A DNA stretch of 64,000 bases from an uncultured Bacilli bacterium (GCA_934153945.1 CAKPFM010000006.1:27318-91317); one strand, 5' to 3'. Numbered from the stretch's first letter, positions 44,584 to 53,967 are shown. Notes: generated by a model from the sequence alone, not told the origin. Translations and numbers: made by a program.

Positions 44584-45876
44584 TTATTTTGAAACAGTAA
44601 TATTTCCATCACTATGTTTTATAATACCTGTTTCAAAAATATCACTATTTGTTGATTTAATTTCTGTTATTGCTGACCAATTATAAGAATTACCAGTGCC
44701 ATTAATTATAGAAGTTAAATTAGGATTTGAATTATATTCTTTATTTTTTATAAAAGTATTATCTTCAATTGTTAAATCTTTTGATGACCCTAAATTAATA
44801 GTAACTAAATCATTAAGTAAAAAAGCACCACTTTGAATAGTTTTTAAATTTGAATTGCCACTTAAATCTAAATTTTTAAGTTTATTTTGACCAAATGCTT
44901 CATAAGAAATAACTTCTAACTTAGAATTTGACAAATTGATTTCTGAAATATTATTAGATGCGAAAGCTGCATTTCCTATTATTTTAATATTTGAATTCCA
45001 TTTAACATTATCTAATTTATTTTTAAAAAAACTTAAATTTCCTATTTCTTCTAATTGATTAGCATGTGATAAGTCTAAAGATACTATATTACCTGTTCCT
45101 GAAGTTGCCTCAAAACGACATCCATAATATCCATCGTTTATACTTTTAACTTCATCATTTCCAACTATTACATGATTACCATCTAAATTATAGCAAATTT
45201 TTTTAGTATCACTAGTAAAAGTATATCTAATATATTGATCATATTTAATGTTATTAGCTATAGCATATTCATATGTATAATCATAATAACAATAATTACC
45301 TGCTTCAGCTAATTTAGAACAAATACCGGTTGTTCTATCAATAACCCTTACAATTTCTTTGTTGTAATCACTTACAAAAGCCGAATCTCCTATCTTCTTA
45401 ACAGGAACACCATTTATTGAATAAGGAATAACAACATCCAATCCATAACTTTCATCATATCTAGTAATTGTACCTGTCTTTGAATCAAAAGTAAAAGCTT
45501 TTTCTTTATCCATATATTTTTCACATTCACTTGATGGAATTTCAGATATAGACAACTTTGTATCATCAAAATCTTTAGTAACACAATAATTATCATTATA
45601 AACAAGGACTAATGACTTGCCATTTTTAATACTAATATAACCACCTTTTAAATCTTCACCCTTAAAATTTAAACCACTCTCTGGAAAATAATAATCATTA
45701 CCTTTTTCCAAAGAATCATATTCAGTTGCTTCCAATATTCCATTTACTGAAACTAAAAAAGATGATTTTTTACTATTTTCAATAATATTTGAAATAAGTG
45801 GTACTGATATCAATGCTATTATTGCTAAAATTACGATAACTGCTAACAATTCTATTAATGTAAAACCTTTTTTCAT
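44584..45876 (-). CDS. Modular type IV pilin-like protein with a BspA-type leucine-rich-repeat C-terminal module
   Basis: Start refined to ATG 45874-45876 (GGAGGA upstream). MKKGFTLIELLAVIVILAIIALISVPLISNIIEN is a prepilin motif. C-terminal repeats IGDSAF..., IGNLSFFKNKL, IIGNAAFASNNISEINL, VISYEAFGQNKLKNLDL and IQSGAFLLNDL are of LRR_5/BspA type. Confidence 0.8.
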   Translation of the reverse strand: MKKGFTLIELLAVIVILAIIALISVPLISNIIENSKKSSFLVSVNGILEATEYDSLEKGNDYYFPESGLNFKGEDLKGGYISIKNGKSLVLVYNDNYCVTKDFDDTKLSISEIPSSECEKYMDKEKAFTFDSKTGTITRYDESYGLDVVIPYSINGVPVKKIGDSAFVSDYNKEIVRVIDRTTGICSKLAEAGNYCYYDYTYEYAIANNIKYDQYIRYTFTSDTKKICYNLDGNHVIVGNDEVKSINDGYYGCRFEATSGTGNIVSLDLSHANQLEEIGNLSFFKNKLDNVKWNSNIKIIGNAAFASNNISEINLSNSKLEVISYEAFGQNKLKNLDLSGNSNLKTIQSGAFLLNDLVTINLGSSKDLTIEDNTFIKNKEYNSNPNLTSIINGTGNSYNWSAITEIKSTNSDIFETGIIKHSDGNITVSK

Positions 45877-46004
45877 ATATCCTCCAACATCCAAACAAAG
45901 TATACCAAATAAACAATATAAAATCAACTTAACTTGTAAATTGTGTGTAAACATTATTATTAACTTTTATTAAATAGTTTAGTATAATATTAATTGGTGA
46001 TTTT

Positions 46005-47477
46005 ATGAATTTATTTAAATATACTAATTCAAATAAAAGATACTATACAGTAGATTTTTATAATAAAAATAGATTTAATGATAAAATATTCAAAATTAGT
46101 TTAAATGCTGGATTTACTTGTCCTAATAGAGATGGAAAAGTTGGTACTGGTGGATGTATATATTGTTCTAACTTAGGTAGTGGTGATTTTGCAGGAAATG
46201 TCAATGATGATTTAATAACACAATTTAATAAAATAAAAGAAAAAATGAATCATAAATGGCATGGTAAATATATTGGATACTTTCAAGCAAATACTAATAC
46301 TTATGCACCTGTTGAAGTGTTAAAGCAAAAATTTGAACCAATTTTAAAATTAGATAATGTTGTAGGATTAGCTATCGCTACTAGACCTGATTCAATTAGT
46401 GATGAATGTTTAGAATATTTAATAGATTTAAACAAAAGAACTTACTTAACTATAGAACTAGGACTTCAAACTATTCATGAAGAAACATCTAATTTAATTA
46501 ATAGATGTCATACTTTAGAATGTTTCAATGAATGTGTTGAAAAGTTAAGAAAAAATAATATTAACGTAATAGTTCATTTAATAAATGGATTACCTTATGA
46601 AACAAAAGAAATGATGTTAGAAAATATAACATATTTAAATAAATTAGATATACAAGGAATTAAGATACATATGTTACATATTTTAAAAAATACTAAATTA
46701 GAAAAATTATATAAAGAAAAACCATTTAAAATATTAACTGAAAAAGAATATGTAAATATTGTATGTGATCAAATAGAATTATTAAATCCAGATATTGTAG
46801 TACATAGATTAACGGGTGATCCTGATCCTAGTAACTTAATAGAACCAACATGGTTAACTAATAAAATAACAGTACTAAATGATATTGATAAAGAACTAGC
46901 TAGAAGAAATACTTATCAAGGATTTAATAAAAGTATTTTAAATAAAGTTAAACAAATTATTGATTTATCTTTAAGAGAAAAAGATATTGTAATAGACGCT
47001 ACTATAGGTAATGGATATGATAGTTTATTTATAAGTAATTATATTAAAGAAGGACATTTATATGGATTTGATATTCAAGATATAGCTATTAATAATACTA
47101 AAAAATTATTAAAAGAAAATAATTTTAGTAATTATACTTTAATAAAAGCTAATAATAAATATATAAAAAAAAAATTACCTAATCTAATTAATAAAGTTAG
47201 TTTAATTATATATAATTTAGGATATCTACCTGGAGGTAATAAAAATATCACTACTAATTATAAAGATACAATATATTCAATAAAAGAAGGATTAAGTTTA
47301 TTAAATAATAAAGGTATCATTTTAATAACTATATATCCAGGACATAAAGAAGGATTAAAAGAAAGTATAGAAATTAATAAGTTCTTAAATAAATCTAAAA
47401 TTAATTATAATATTTATAGAAACACAGATAATATAGAAGCACCATATTTAATAGAAATAAAAGCGAATACATTTTAG
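46005..47477 (+). CDS. mnmL: Fusion of a TIGR01212-type radical SAM protein (YtqA/MnmL-like) with a SAM-dependent methyltransferase (YtqB/MnmM-like)
   Basis: N-terminal FTCPNRDGKVGTGGCIYCS cluster motif and a TIM-barrel-like region up to ~aa 310. C-terminal IDATIGNGYDSLF, GFDIQ, IYNLGYLPGGNKNITT and TIYPGHKEG match the YtqB family. Confidence 0.7.
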   Translation: MNLFKYTNSNKRYYTVDFYNKNRFNDKIFKISLNAGFTCPNRDGKVGTGGCIYCSNLGSGDFAGNVNDDLITQFNKIKEKMNHKWHGKYIGYFQANTNTYAPVEVLKQKFEPILKLDNVVGLAIATRPDSISDECLEYLIDLNKRTYLTIELGLQTIHEETSNLINRCHTLECFNECVEKLRKNNINVIVHLINGLPYETKEMMLENITYLNKLDIQGIKIHMLHILKNTKLEKLYKEKPFKILTEKEYVNIVCDQIELLNPDIVVHRLTGDPDPSNLIEPTWLTNKITVLNDIDKELARRNTYQGFNKSILNKVKQIIDLSLREKDIVIDATIGNGYDSLFISNYIKEGHLYGFDIQDIAINNTKKLLKENNFSNYTLIKANNKYIKKKLPNLINKVSLIIYNLGYLPGGNKNITTNYKDTIYSIKEGLSLLNNKGIILITIYPGHKEGLKESIEINKFLNKSKINYNIYRNTDNIEAPYLIEIKANTF

Positions 47478-47489
47478 TATTCGTTTTTG
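47464..47489 (+). terminator. Terminator after the radical-SAM/methyltransferase fusion gene
   Basis: CGAATAC-atttta-GTATTCG hairpin (the stop codon sits in the loop), followed by TTTTTG. Confidence 0.65.
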
Positions 47490-47708
47490 TATATTAGAAT
47501 AATTCTTTTTATCATGATATATGATATATATAATTTACATACATGAAGTATTTTTAGAATAATATATTCTTCAAAATTATTTATTACATCTTTAATATCA
47601 CAATTATCATAATTATATCTTGTTAAAACATTATGTAATTTTGTACTTCTCTTTTTCAATGGTTATTGATTTAATTCATTGTTACTTTGATATATATTTT
47701 TTTCAATA

Positions 47709-48767
47709 TTAATTCTTTCTAAATATTAAAATCTTACGTTTATGTTCTTTTTCTTTTTTTTCAACATAGTCATCAGACTCTTTTAATGTTTTTAAAGCCT
47801 CTCTTACCTTGTCCTTTAATTTTAGATATTGAAAATCTGACTTTATTCTAGGATAATCAAACTCATCCAATATAGTATCTTCTTCATCAAATTCTTTTTC
47901 TAATATTGAATCAGTTATATTTAAATCTTTTGATATATATTTTATTAATTGTGTTCCAGATAAATAATTTGTTTCTAGTGAATAATTGTTTAAATATTCT
48001 ACTATCAAGTGCATTATATTATTTCTTTTTGTTTCATTATATTTGTCAAAATTACTTATTATTTTTTCTAAATCTTTTTTTATTTTTTCTATAATTTCTA
48101 TATTAGTTTTTAGATAATTAGCAAGATGTGAGTCATAAGATTCTACATATAATAAAATAAAATTTATTACTCCTATTTTTTCTATTTTTTCTTTATCTTT
48201 AAATTTAGAATGTATTAATTCTTCTAATGAATAATCTTCTTCACTAAAGATTTCATTAACCATGTTTTTAGCAATATAGTCAATAATTATTACTCTACCT
48301 GCATATACATCAGCAAAATAATCAAATCCCATTTGATAATAATCTTTAACTTCTTGACTATCATTTCTACTATCTAAAATATAAGCAGTTCTTAAACCAT
48401 TATATTTACTTTTAGCACTTATATAACTAGCATTTTCTGATATACTTGAATAATCTTTTCCTAATAATTCACTAACAATAATATCTATTTCAAATTTATC
48501 ATCTTCATTATTAGATAAAATAGAAAAATTGTGTGCTACTTTTTTGATAAATGTTTTATCATTTTTAAACTTTAATATAAAAAATTTTATTAATTCAAAA
48601 TTACTTTTTAATTTATCATCACATAAATCATACATCTTTTTATCATTACTAATATCTGTAACTTCTTTAATAAAAATATAATCGTTTTCTAATTCATCTA
48701 TATCATATCCATCAATCTCATTTCCAGTTATATAATCATATAATATCTTTTTACTATATTTACTCAT
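47709..48767 (-). CDS. Hypothetical alpha-helical protein with a possible HEPN-type RNxxxH motif (last gene of the orphan four-gene cluster)
   Basis: Start refined to ATG 48765-48767 (GGGGGAA SD), 1 nt after the stop codon of the sigma-like gene. Lys/Glu/Asp-rich helical sequence. ETKRNNIMHLIVEY contains R-N-x3-H. Confidence 0.6.
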   Translation of the reverse strand: MSKYSKKILYDYITGNEIDGYDIDELENDYIFIKEVTDISNDKKMYDLCDDKLKSNFELIKFFILKFKNDKTFIKKVAHNFSILSNNEDDKFEIDIIVSELLGKDYSSISENASYISAKSKYNGLRTAYILDSRNDSQEVKDYYQMGFDYFADVYAGRVIIIDYIAKNMVNEIFSEEDYSLEELIHSKFKDKEKIEKIGVINFILLYVESYDSHLANYLKTNIEIIEKIKKDLEKIISNFDKYNETKRNNIMHLIVEYLNNYSLETNYLSGTQLIKYISKDLNITDSILEKEFDEEDTILDEFDYPRIKSDFQYLKLKDKVREALKTLKESDDYVEKKEKEHKRKILIFRKN

Positions 48768-48768
48768 T

Positions 48769-49722
48769 TTAATTCCCCCAATCATTATATATATTTTGTC
48801 TTCTACCTGGACTTCTTAATTTTCTTAGTGCTGTAGCTTCTATTTGTCCAATTCGTCCTCCACTTTTTCCATAAATCATTCCAACTTGTTCTAAATTCAT
48901 TATCTCTCCATCTTCAAGGCCATATCTTTTAATCAATACACCTATCTCTCTTTCTTGTAACCCGCTATCATTTATTATGTAATCAATAGACTTTTGTATT
49001 AAATAATTATTGATAAGTTCTGTTTCAAAATCACACTCACTTGCCATTGTTGGACTGATATTTTCTCTTAATGAAATATCTATTAGTAAATGTCTCATGA
49101 ATTTTAATTTTGTTTTAGGTGGAAGATTTTCATCATCTATATTTACTTTAGAATAAATATTTTGAAATGTTTCATAACATTTATAAAAATAAGTTTTTAA
49201 ATTATTAAAGTAATATTCATCAAATCTATAACCAAATCTACTTTTCTTAATTGTATCTAAATATTCTTCAAATAAAACCTCATCTTTATTTCTTTTTAAA
49301 AATAGAAATAATTTCATCAAATCTCCAAAATTATCTAAACCTATAATTTGACTTATTTCAATATCTTCTTTTTGATGTACAAACATATTACTTAAGTATG
49401 CATAATATGTACTTCCAAACAAATTAGAAAAAACTGAAATATTTAATAAGTTTCCATTGTCAATTTCATTTATATAAAATTCTATAGTTGCAGAAATAAT
49501 ATCATCCATATCATAACTACCATTTTCTAAAATATCTAAATTACTATTTTTTAAATAGTTTAAAACAGCATATAATGTTGAATTAATAATATCATTTCTT
49601 ATTTTTATTTTCTTATTATTGTCAGTTTCATTTATCATTTTTTTATATAGTTCCTGCGCTTCATTTAGTTTTAATTTTTGATAACCACTTATTCTTTCAA
49701 ACCATAACCTTAATTTATCCAT
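48769..49722 (-). CDS. Divergent sigma-70 family (RpoD-like) sigma factor
   Basis: C-terminal LQEREIGVLIKRYGLEDGEIMNLEQVGMIYGKSGGRIGQIEATALRKLRSPG aligns with region 4.2 of RpoD ([27 protein letters not shown]). The N-terminal NEAQELYKKM...RNDIINSTLYAVLNYLKN is region-2-like. GGGGGAG SD. Confidence 0.7.
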   Translation of the reverse strand: MDKLRLWFERISGYQKLKLNEAQELYKKMINETDNNKKIKIRNDIINSTLYAVLNYLKNSNLDILENGSYDMDDIISATIEFYINEIDNGNLLNISVFSNLFGSTYYAYLSNMFVHQKEDIEISQIIGLDNFGDLMKLFLFLKRNKDEVLFEEYLDTIKKSRFGYRFDEYYFNNLKTYFYKCYETFQNIYSKVNIDDENLPPKTKLKFMRHLLIDISLRENISPTMASECDFETELINNYLIQKSIDYIINDSGLQEREIGVLIKRYGLEDGEIMNLEQVGMIYGKSGGRIGQIEATALRKLRSPGRRQNIYNDWGN

Positions 49723-49736
49723 AACTACTCCCCCTT

Positions 49737-50405
49737 TTATAAAGTTAAAATCTTTGATAATTTTTTAACTTTTCTTCTACTTTTAATAAAACACACATAT
49801 ACATCATTTATAGTATCATAATTAACAATACATCCCTGTTCTAAATTTTGTTTTAATAAATTTAGTTGATTTTCCTTTTCAAGAATATTTAAATCATTTA
49901 CATATCCACAATATCCAACAATAATGTCATAGCCATTAAAATGTAACAAGGGCCATTCACTTATTTGTTCATAATAATATGGATTATGTGTCATAAATCT
50001 ATCAACGACCTGACCCTTTACTTCAGAACCTGTTATAATTGGTTCCCCTTGATAGACTAACAATTCATTATTTTCTTTATTTAGTGTTTCTCCGAATGGT
50101 GATATAATTCTTGTTGTTGGCAATACGATTGAATCATATTTACCCTTTCCAACTTCAGCAATATTAGAGTCATTTATATCAATATCATAATTAGCAAAAT
50201 ATTTTTTTAATTCTTCTAACGCTTTATTTTGTTCATATAGCCAATGTGCAAAATCATTTATATAATCTTCAGAAGATATATCTATTTTTTTTATTCCTTT
50301 CGCACTATTAAATTGACTCATCAAATAATAAAAATACTTTGTAATATTATCACTCCTTCCTGAGGGCAGGAGATTGATAATACACTCTTTTTTATTCTTT
50401 GTCAA
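49737..50405 (-). CDS. Hypothetical protein of the sigma-factor cluster; start codon uncertain
   Basis: The maximal ORF starts at TTG 50405, which coincides with a consensus -35 hexamer. The AGGAG SD at 50353-50357 is followed 7 nt later by in-frame ATT (50345). The first ATG is at 50321. No recognisable domain. Confidence 0.55.
   Translation of the reverse strand: MTKNKKECIINLLPSGRSDNITKYFYYLMSQFNSAKGIKKIDISSEDYINDFAHWLYEQNKALEELKKYFANYDIDINDSNIAEVGKGKYDSIVLPTTRIISPFGETLNKENNELLVYQGEPIITGSEVKGQVVDRFMTHNPYYYEQISEWPLLHFNGYDIIVGYCGYVNDLNILEKENQLNLLKQNLEQGCIVNYDTINDVYVCFIKSRRKVKKLSKILTL
50377..50405 (-). promoter_or_regulatory. Near-consensus internal SigA-type promoter within the four-gene cluster
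   Basis: Minus strand: TTGACA(50405-50400)-N17-TATTAT(50382-50377), in the 31-nt gap region after the stop codon of the 478-aa gene. Confidence 0.5.
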
Positions 50406-50436
50406 GTTTTTTTATAAAAAATAAAAAATTGTATTT

Positions 50437-51873
50437 CTACAATCTTTTATTTATAGAGGAATTCATATTGCATCCTTGTTCTAAATCTTTAAAATAATTT
50501 ATTAATTCGGTAAAATCTACTTTCTTGAAATCTTCAAAAACTTGTCTAATAAATTCTTTTTGTTTTTCTTCAGAGAATATTTTTTCTTTAGTAGAACCAA
50601 ACGATCCTTCATCAGGTTCTGAAACAACTTTTGTAGTAATAGCCGCCTTTAATTTTTCAATTTTTTGCATATCTTCTATATCACTTGGTGATTTAATAAG
50701 CAATGATTCAAAATATCTTCTTTCATCACCTTTTGAAATATTATTTAATAAAGTTGTATATTTGTATTGATCTGATAAATTTGAGTGTGATACAAAAACA
50801 TCATATTGTGAAGAATCAGTAGTTCCATTCTTAACATTAATTTCTTTTGTTTTTATAAATTCATATCCGTCTGGAAGGCTTAAAAGCATAGATAATTCCT
50901 CTAATGGTTTAAATTTTATAAATGCTTTAGCTTTAATATTTGCCTTTGAATAAAATCTACTAGGTTGAATTTTATCAGGAAAATTTATAACACCATGTTC
51001 ATGTTTTTCTAATTGTTTCTTAATTCTATCTTCTTCATATTCAAATAAATTACCATTTTTTGTATCTAGAAATTTATGTAAAATAGATATATTTGCCTCA
51101 TGATACGGATCTAAAATATATAATTCACTTGATAAACTTTTAATTTTATTCATATCTTTAACATCATTTTTTTTATTATTTTCTTTTTTTAATTCTTTTC
51201 TTAAAGATAAAATTCTTTTTTCCGTTTCAGATAAATGGAGTGCATCAGCCAAAATACCATTCTTATCTGACATTATATTCTCTAATGTTAATCCTAGTAA
51301 ATGCGCTAATTCAGATTCTTTAATCCTAAATTTTATTTCTTGTTCATTAGAAAATGTGGCAATAAGGGTTCTATTATTATAAACTTCATAATACAATCTT
51401 AATGCTTCATTTAGTAAATCCATTGTATTTTGTATATTATCAATAGAAAATCCTAATTGATCAGGTGCAACATTTTTACTATTAAATGACATTTTATTTT
51501 CTTCAATAGATACATAATCATTAAAACGTGATTGCTCCATTAAATAAGATTTAGAATAATATTCAATTAATTTACTAAAATAACTTGTAAAAAGGGTTAA
51601 TAATTCTGAATTATTATAAATGATATTATATGTTTCAGAGTTTGGTAATAAATACTCATTTAAATAGTTTAATATACAAGTTTTTAACTCATCATAAGTC
51701 TTTATAGACAAATCTTTACTTATATTAGTAGATATCATTAATAAATAATATTCAACATTATATAACCCTTTAGAGTTTAATTCATAATTGATTCTTTGCA
51801 TAGTTTGTACAAAGTTATTAATTTTTGTTTCTGTATTTAATATTTCAGACATATTTTCAAATTCATTATTCAT
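50437..51873 (-). CDS. Hypothetical 478-aa protein (first gene of the sigma-factor cluster)
   Basis: GGGAGG SD 6 nt upstream of the ATG. Helical, Asn/Lys/Glu-rich. No P-loop and no recognisable catalytic motif. Confidence 0.6.
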   Translation of the reverse strand: MNNEFENMSEILNTETKINNFVQTMQRINYELNSKGLYNVEYYLLMISTNISKDLSIKTYDELKTCILNYLNEYLLPNSETYNIIYNNSELLTLFTSYFSKLIEYYSKSYLMEQSRFNDYVSIEENKMSFNSKNVAPDQLGFSIDNIQNTMDLLNEALRLYYEVYNNRTLIATFSNEQEIKFRIKESELAHLLGLTLENIMSDKNGILADALHLSETEKRILSLRKELKKENNKKNDVKDMNKIKSLSSELYILDPYHEANISILHKFLDTKNGNLFEYEEDRIKKQLEKHEHGVINFPDKIQPSRFYSKANIKAKAFIKFKPLEELSMLLSLPDGYEFIKTKEINVKNGTTDSSQYDVFVSHSNLSDQYKYTTLLNNISKGDERRYFESLLIKSPSDIEDMQKIEKLKAAITTKVVSEPDEGSFGSTKEKIFSEEKQKEFIRQVFEDFKKVDFTELINYFKDLEQGCNMNSSINKRL

Positions 51874-51898
51874 TATTGACCTCCCGCATTCTAGTAAG

Positions 51899-51907
51899 AT
51901 TATACCA
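51899..51907 (-). promoter_or_regulatory. Extended -10 promoter element upstream of the four-gene cluster
   Basis: Minus strand: TGgTATAAT about 25 nt upstream of the ATG at 51873. The -35 region is weak. Confidence 0.4.
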
Positions 51908-52373
51908 TATATTAAAAATTATTAAAATAGAATGAATTTATTTCTGTAATAGAGCTATAAAATCTATAACTAACAAATATTATTTAATATATATATTGTT
52001 TATTCTTTTCCTATAAAAAAATCAAGAAAATAATTCTTGATTTTTTCTTATATAACTTCAAATTTATGAAGTTGAATTATAATATTTAATAGAAATTAAA
52101 AAAGCAAGTGAACCATATAAAATATTCCACTTGTCAAGGAATAAATAAAAAAAATGATTTTTGTACAATACAAAAATCATCTTCTTCAAAATAACTAAAT
52201 TAACCAATAAATTATACCACTATTTTGTCCATTTTATGGGGTACAATTTATTAAGTACTCAACATTTGCGTATTAAGTATTCCCATCTTATTTTATGCAA
52301 GTTTCCTTGACTACATACTAATGATAACATAATTTATTGAGATTATCAAAAAAGTATTTTTTTAAATTTTTAG

Positions 52374-52922
52374 TTATAATACTACCAAAATTAATAAATC
52401 AATTATTAAAATTAATAATGCCGAGCAAAAAGTTAAATAGAATGCCCATTTTTTATTACAATATCTTAAAACATATGATAGTTTAGGATTATTTGAATCA
52501 TAATAAACATCTATTTCCGAATTTATTGGGTATAATTTTTCAATTGGATTATTGTAAACACCAACAAAAGAATTAGAAGTTCTATTTATTTCTAACATTT
52601 GATTTTCTTTTTTATATTCCATTTCATTCTTACTGATTGGATTATTCTTTGTTATTATTTTATACGCTTTATATTCAGGACCTACAACTTTATATTCTTT
52701 ACCATTTACAATATAAAATACAATAGGTAAATGAATCCCACTATTTTCCCCGCCACGAGTTGTTAATGTATATTTTTTGATTATTCCTTTAACTTTCGAA
52801 GTACATCTTTTTTCTTGTATTATATATTTATAGAATAGTTTAAATGACAAAACAAATAACACAATTGAACCAATTGACAATAATGTTCCAAAAACAATTT
52901 TATCCATTAATATTTCACTCAC
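52374..52922 (-). CDS. DUF3592-like membrane protein
   Basis: N-terminal TM segment, central beta-rich region (GIIKKYTL..IHLPIVFYIVNGKEYKV), C-terminal TM segment. This is the typical DUF3592 layout. Confidence 0.5.
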   Translation of the reverse strand: MSEILMDKIVFGTLLSIGSIVLFVLSFKLFYKYIIQEKRCTSKVKGIIKKYTLTTRGGENSGIHLPIVFYIVNGKEYKVVGPEYKAYKIITKNNPISKNEMEYKKENQMLEINRTSNSFVGVYNNPIEKLYPINSEIDVYYDSNNPKLSYVLRYCNKKWAFYLTFCSALLILIIDLLILVVL

Positions 52923-52980
52923 ACTTTCTAATTTAATAATTAATTTAATAATATTTTCTAACTTTCTCTAATTTTTTTAT

Positions 52981-53694
52981 CTATTTCATAGTGCAAGTAT
53001 ATGAGCCACCCGCAAGAGTAAGTTTCATATAATTACCATTATATACACTTATATACCAATTAACAGAATCTTCGTTTGAATTTACACCATTTGTAACAAA
53101 TTTTTCAAAATTTATTTTTACGGTATATTTTTTTACTTTGCCACTATGTTCATTCGTATACAAACTATCTTCAACACTTTCTTCTTCTATAGAATAATTA
53201 CCTATTAAATAATATTTTTCTGGATTTGAATCTAATTCAGCTTTAACTCTACCATTTTTTTCAAAAGTGTATGTTCTAGAACTATCCGAACCATATTTAC
53301 TGCAAGACCATACATTATTAAAATCATATTCAGGAACTTGTTTAGATTCTTGCAAATTTGATAAAAAAATTGTAAATACTAAATATAATATAACAAAAAT
53401 ATAACTAATTAAAATAACCCAAATCATTCCTACAATTCTATTTTTAAGTACTTTATTAGTAATCTTTTTTTTGAATTTTAATCCTAAAATTATCGATAAA
53501 ACCATTATCAAAAATGATACACAAAAAATTATTGCATCAAACTTCAAATATACCAAACCTGTTAATATATCACCAATAAAACTTCCAGTTTCTATTCTTT
53601 TAAGGCAAATATATATAATAATTGATATAAAAAATAATACATAACTTATTATATAACTAATTAAAAAACCTTTACTTAATTTTTCTTTTTCCAT
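52981..53694 (-). CDS. Membrane protein with four N-terminal TM segments and a C-terminal beta-rich extracytoplasmic domain
   Basis: 237-aa ORF with hydrophobic segments up to ~aa 110, then a Tyr/Asn/Ser-rich domain ending ..GGSYTCTMK. Confidence 0.5.
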   Translation of the reverse strand: MEKEKLSKGFLISYIISYVLFFISIIIYICLKRIETGSFIGDILTGLVYLKFDAIIFCVSFLIMVLSIILGLKFKKKITNKVLKNRIVGMIWVILISYIFVILYLVFTIFLSNLQESKQVPEYDFNNVWSCSKYGSDSSRTYTFEKNGRVKAELDSNPEKYYLIGNYSIEEESVEDSLYTNEHSGKVKKYTVKINFEKFVTNGVNSNEDSVNWYISVYNGNYMKLTLAGGSYTCTMK

Positions 53695-53791
53695 TTATTT
53701 TTTCCTACCTTTCGAATATATTGTATCACACTTTGTCGTATTTTCTTACAAAACTTCATTTTTTTACATAAAATTGACAATGGTGATTAAC

Positions 53792-53967
53792 ATGAATTTT
53801 GAAAGATTATTCTTTTTAAGAGAAAAAAAGACTTAACACAAGAAAATATGGAAAAAATACTAAATGTCAGCAGATTTTCTTTACCTCATGTTCGTAAAAA
53901 ACTTATAAGAGTTAATTTATATCTTGAAATTAAAAATATCCAATTTGATCCGTCTTTATTAAAATAA
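53792..53967 (+). pseudogene. Frameshifted XRE-family helix-turn-helix regulator remnant
   Basis: ATG 53792 gives MNFERLFFLREKKT, then a stop. After the A-run at 53823-53829 the reading continues in another frame as DLTQENMEKILNVSR (HTH helices), with a degenerate tail. Confidence 0.5.

Noticed and set aside
47474-47659. Minus-strand 61-aa ORF downstream of the sigma-factor cluster.
   Set aside because: It has a TTG start without an SD, overlaps the terminator of the convergent radical-SAM fusion gene, and has no recognisable features. It is probably non-coding spacer.
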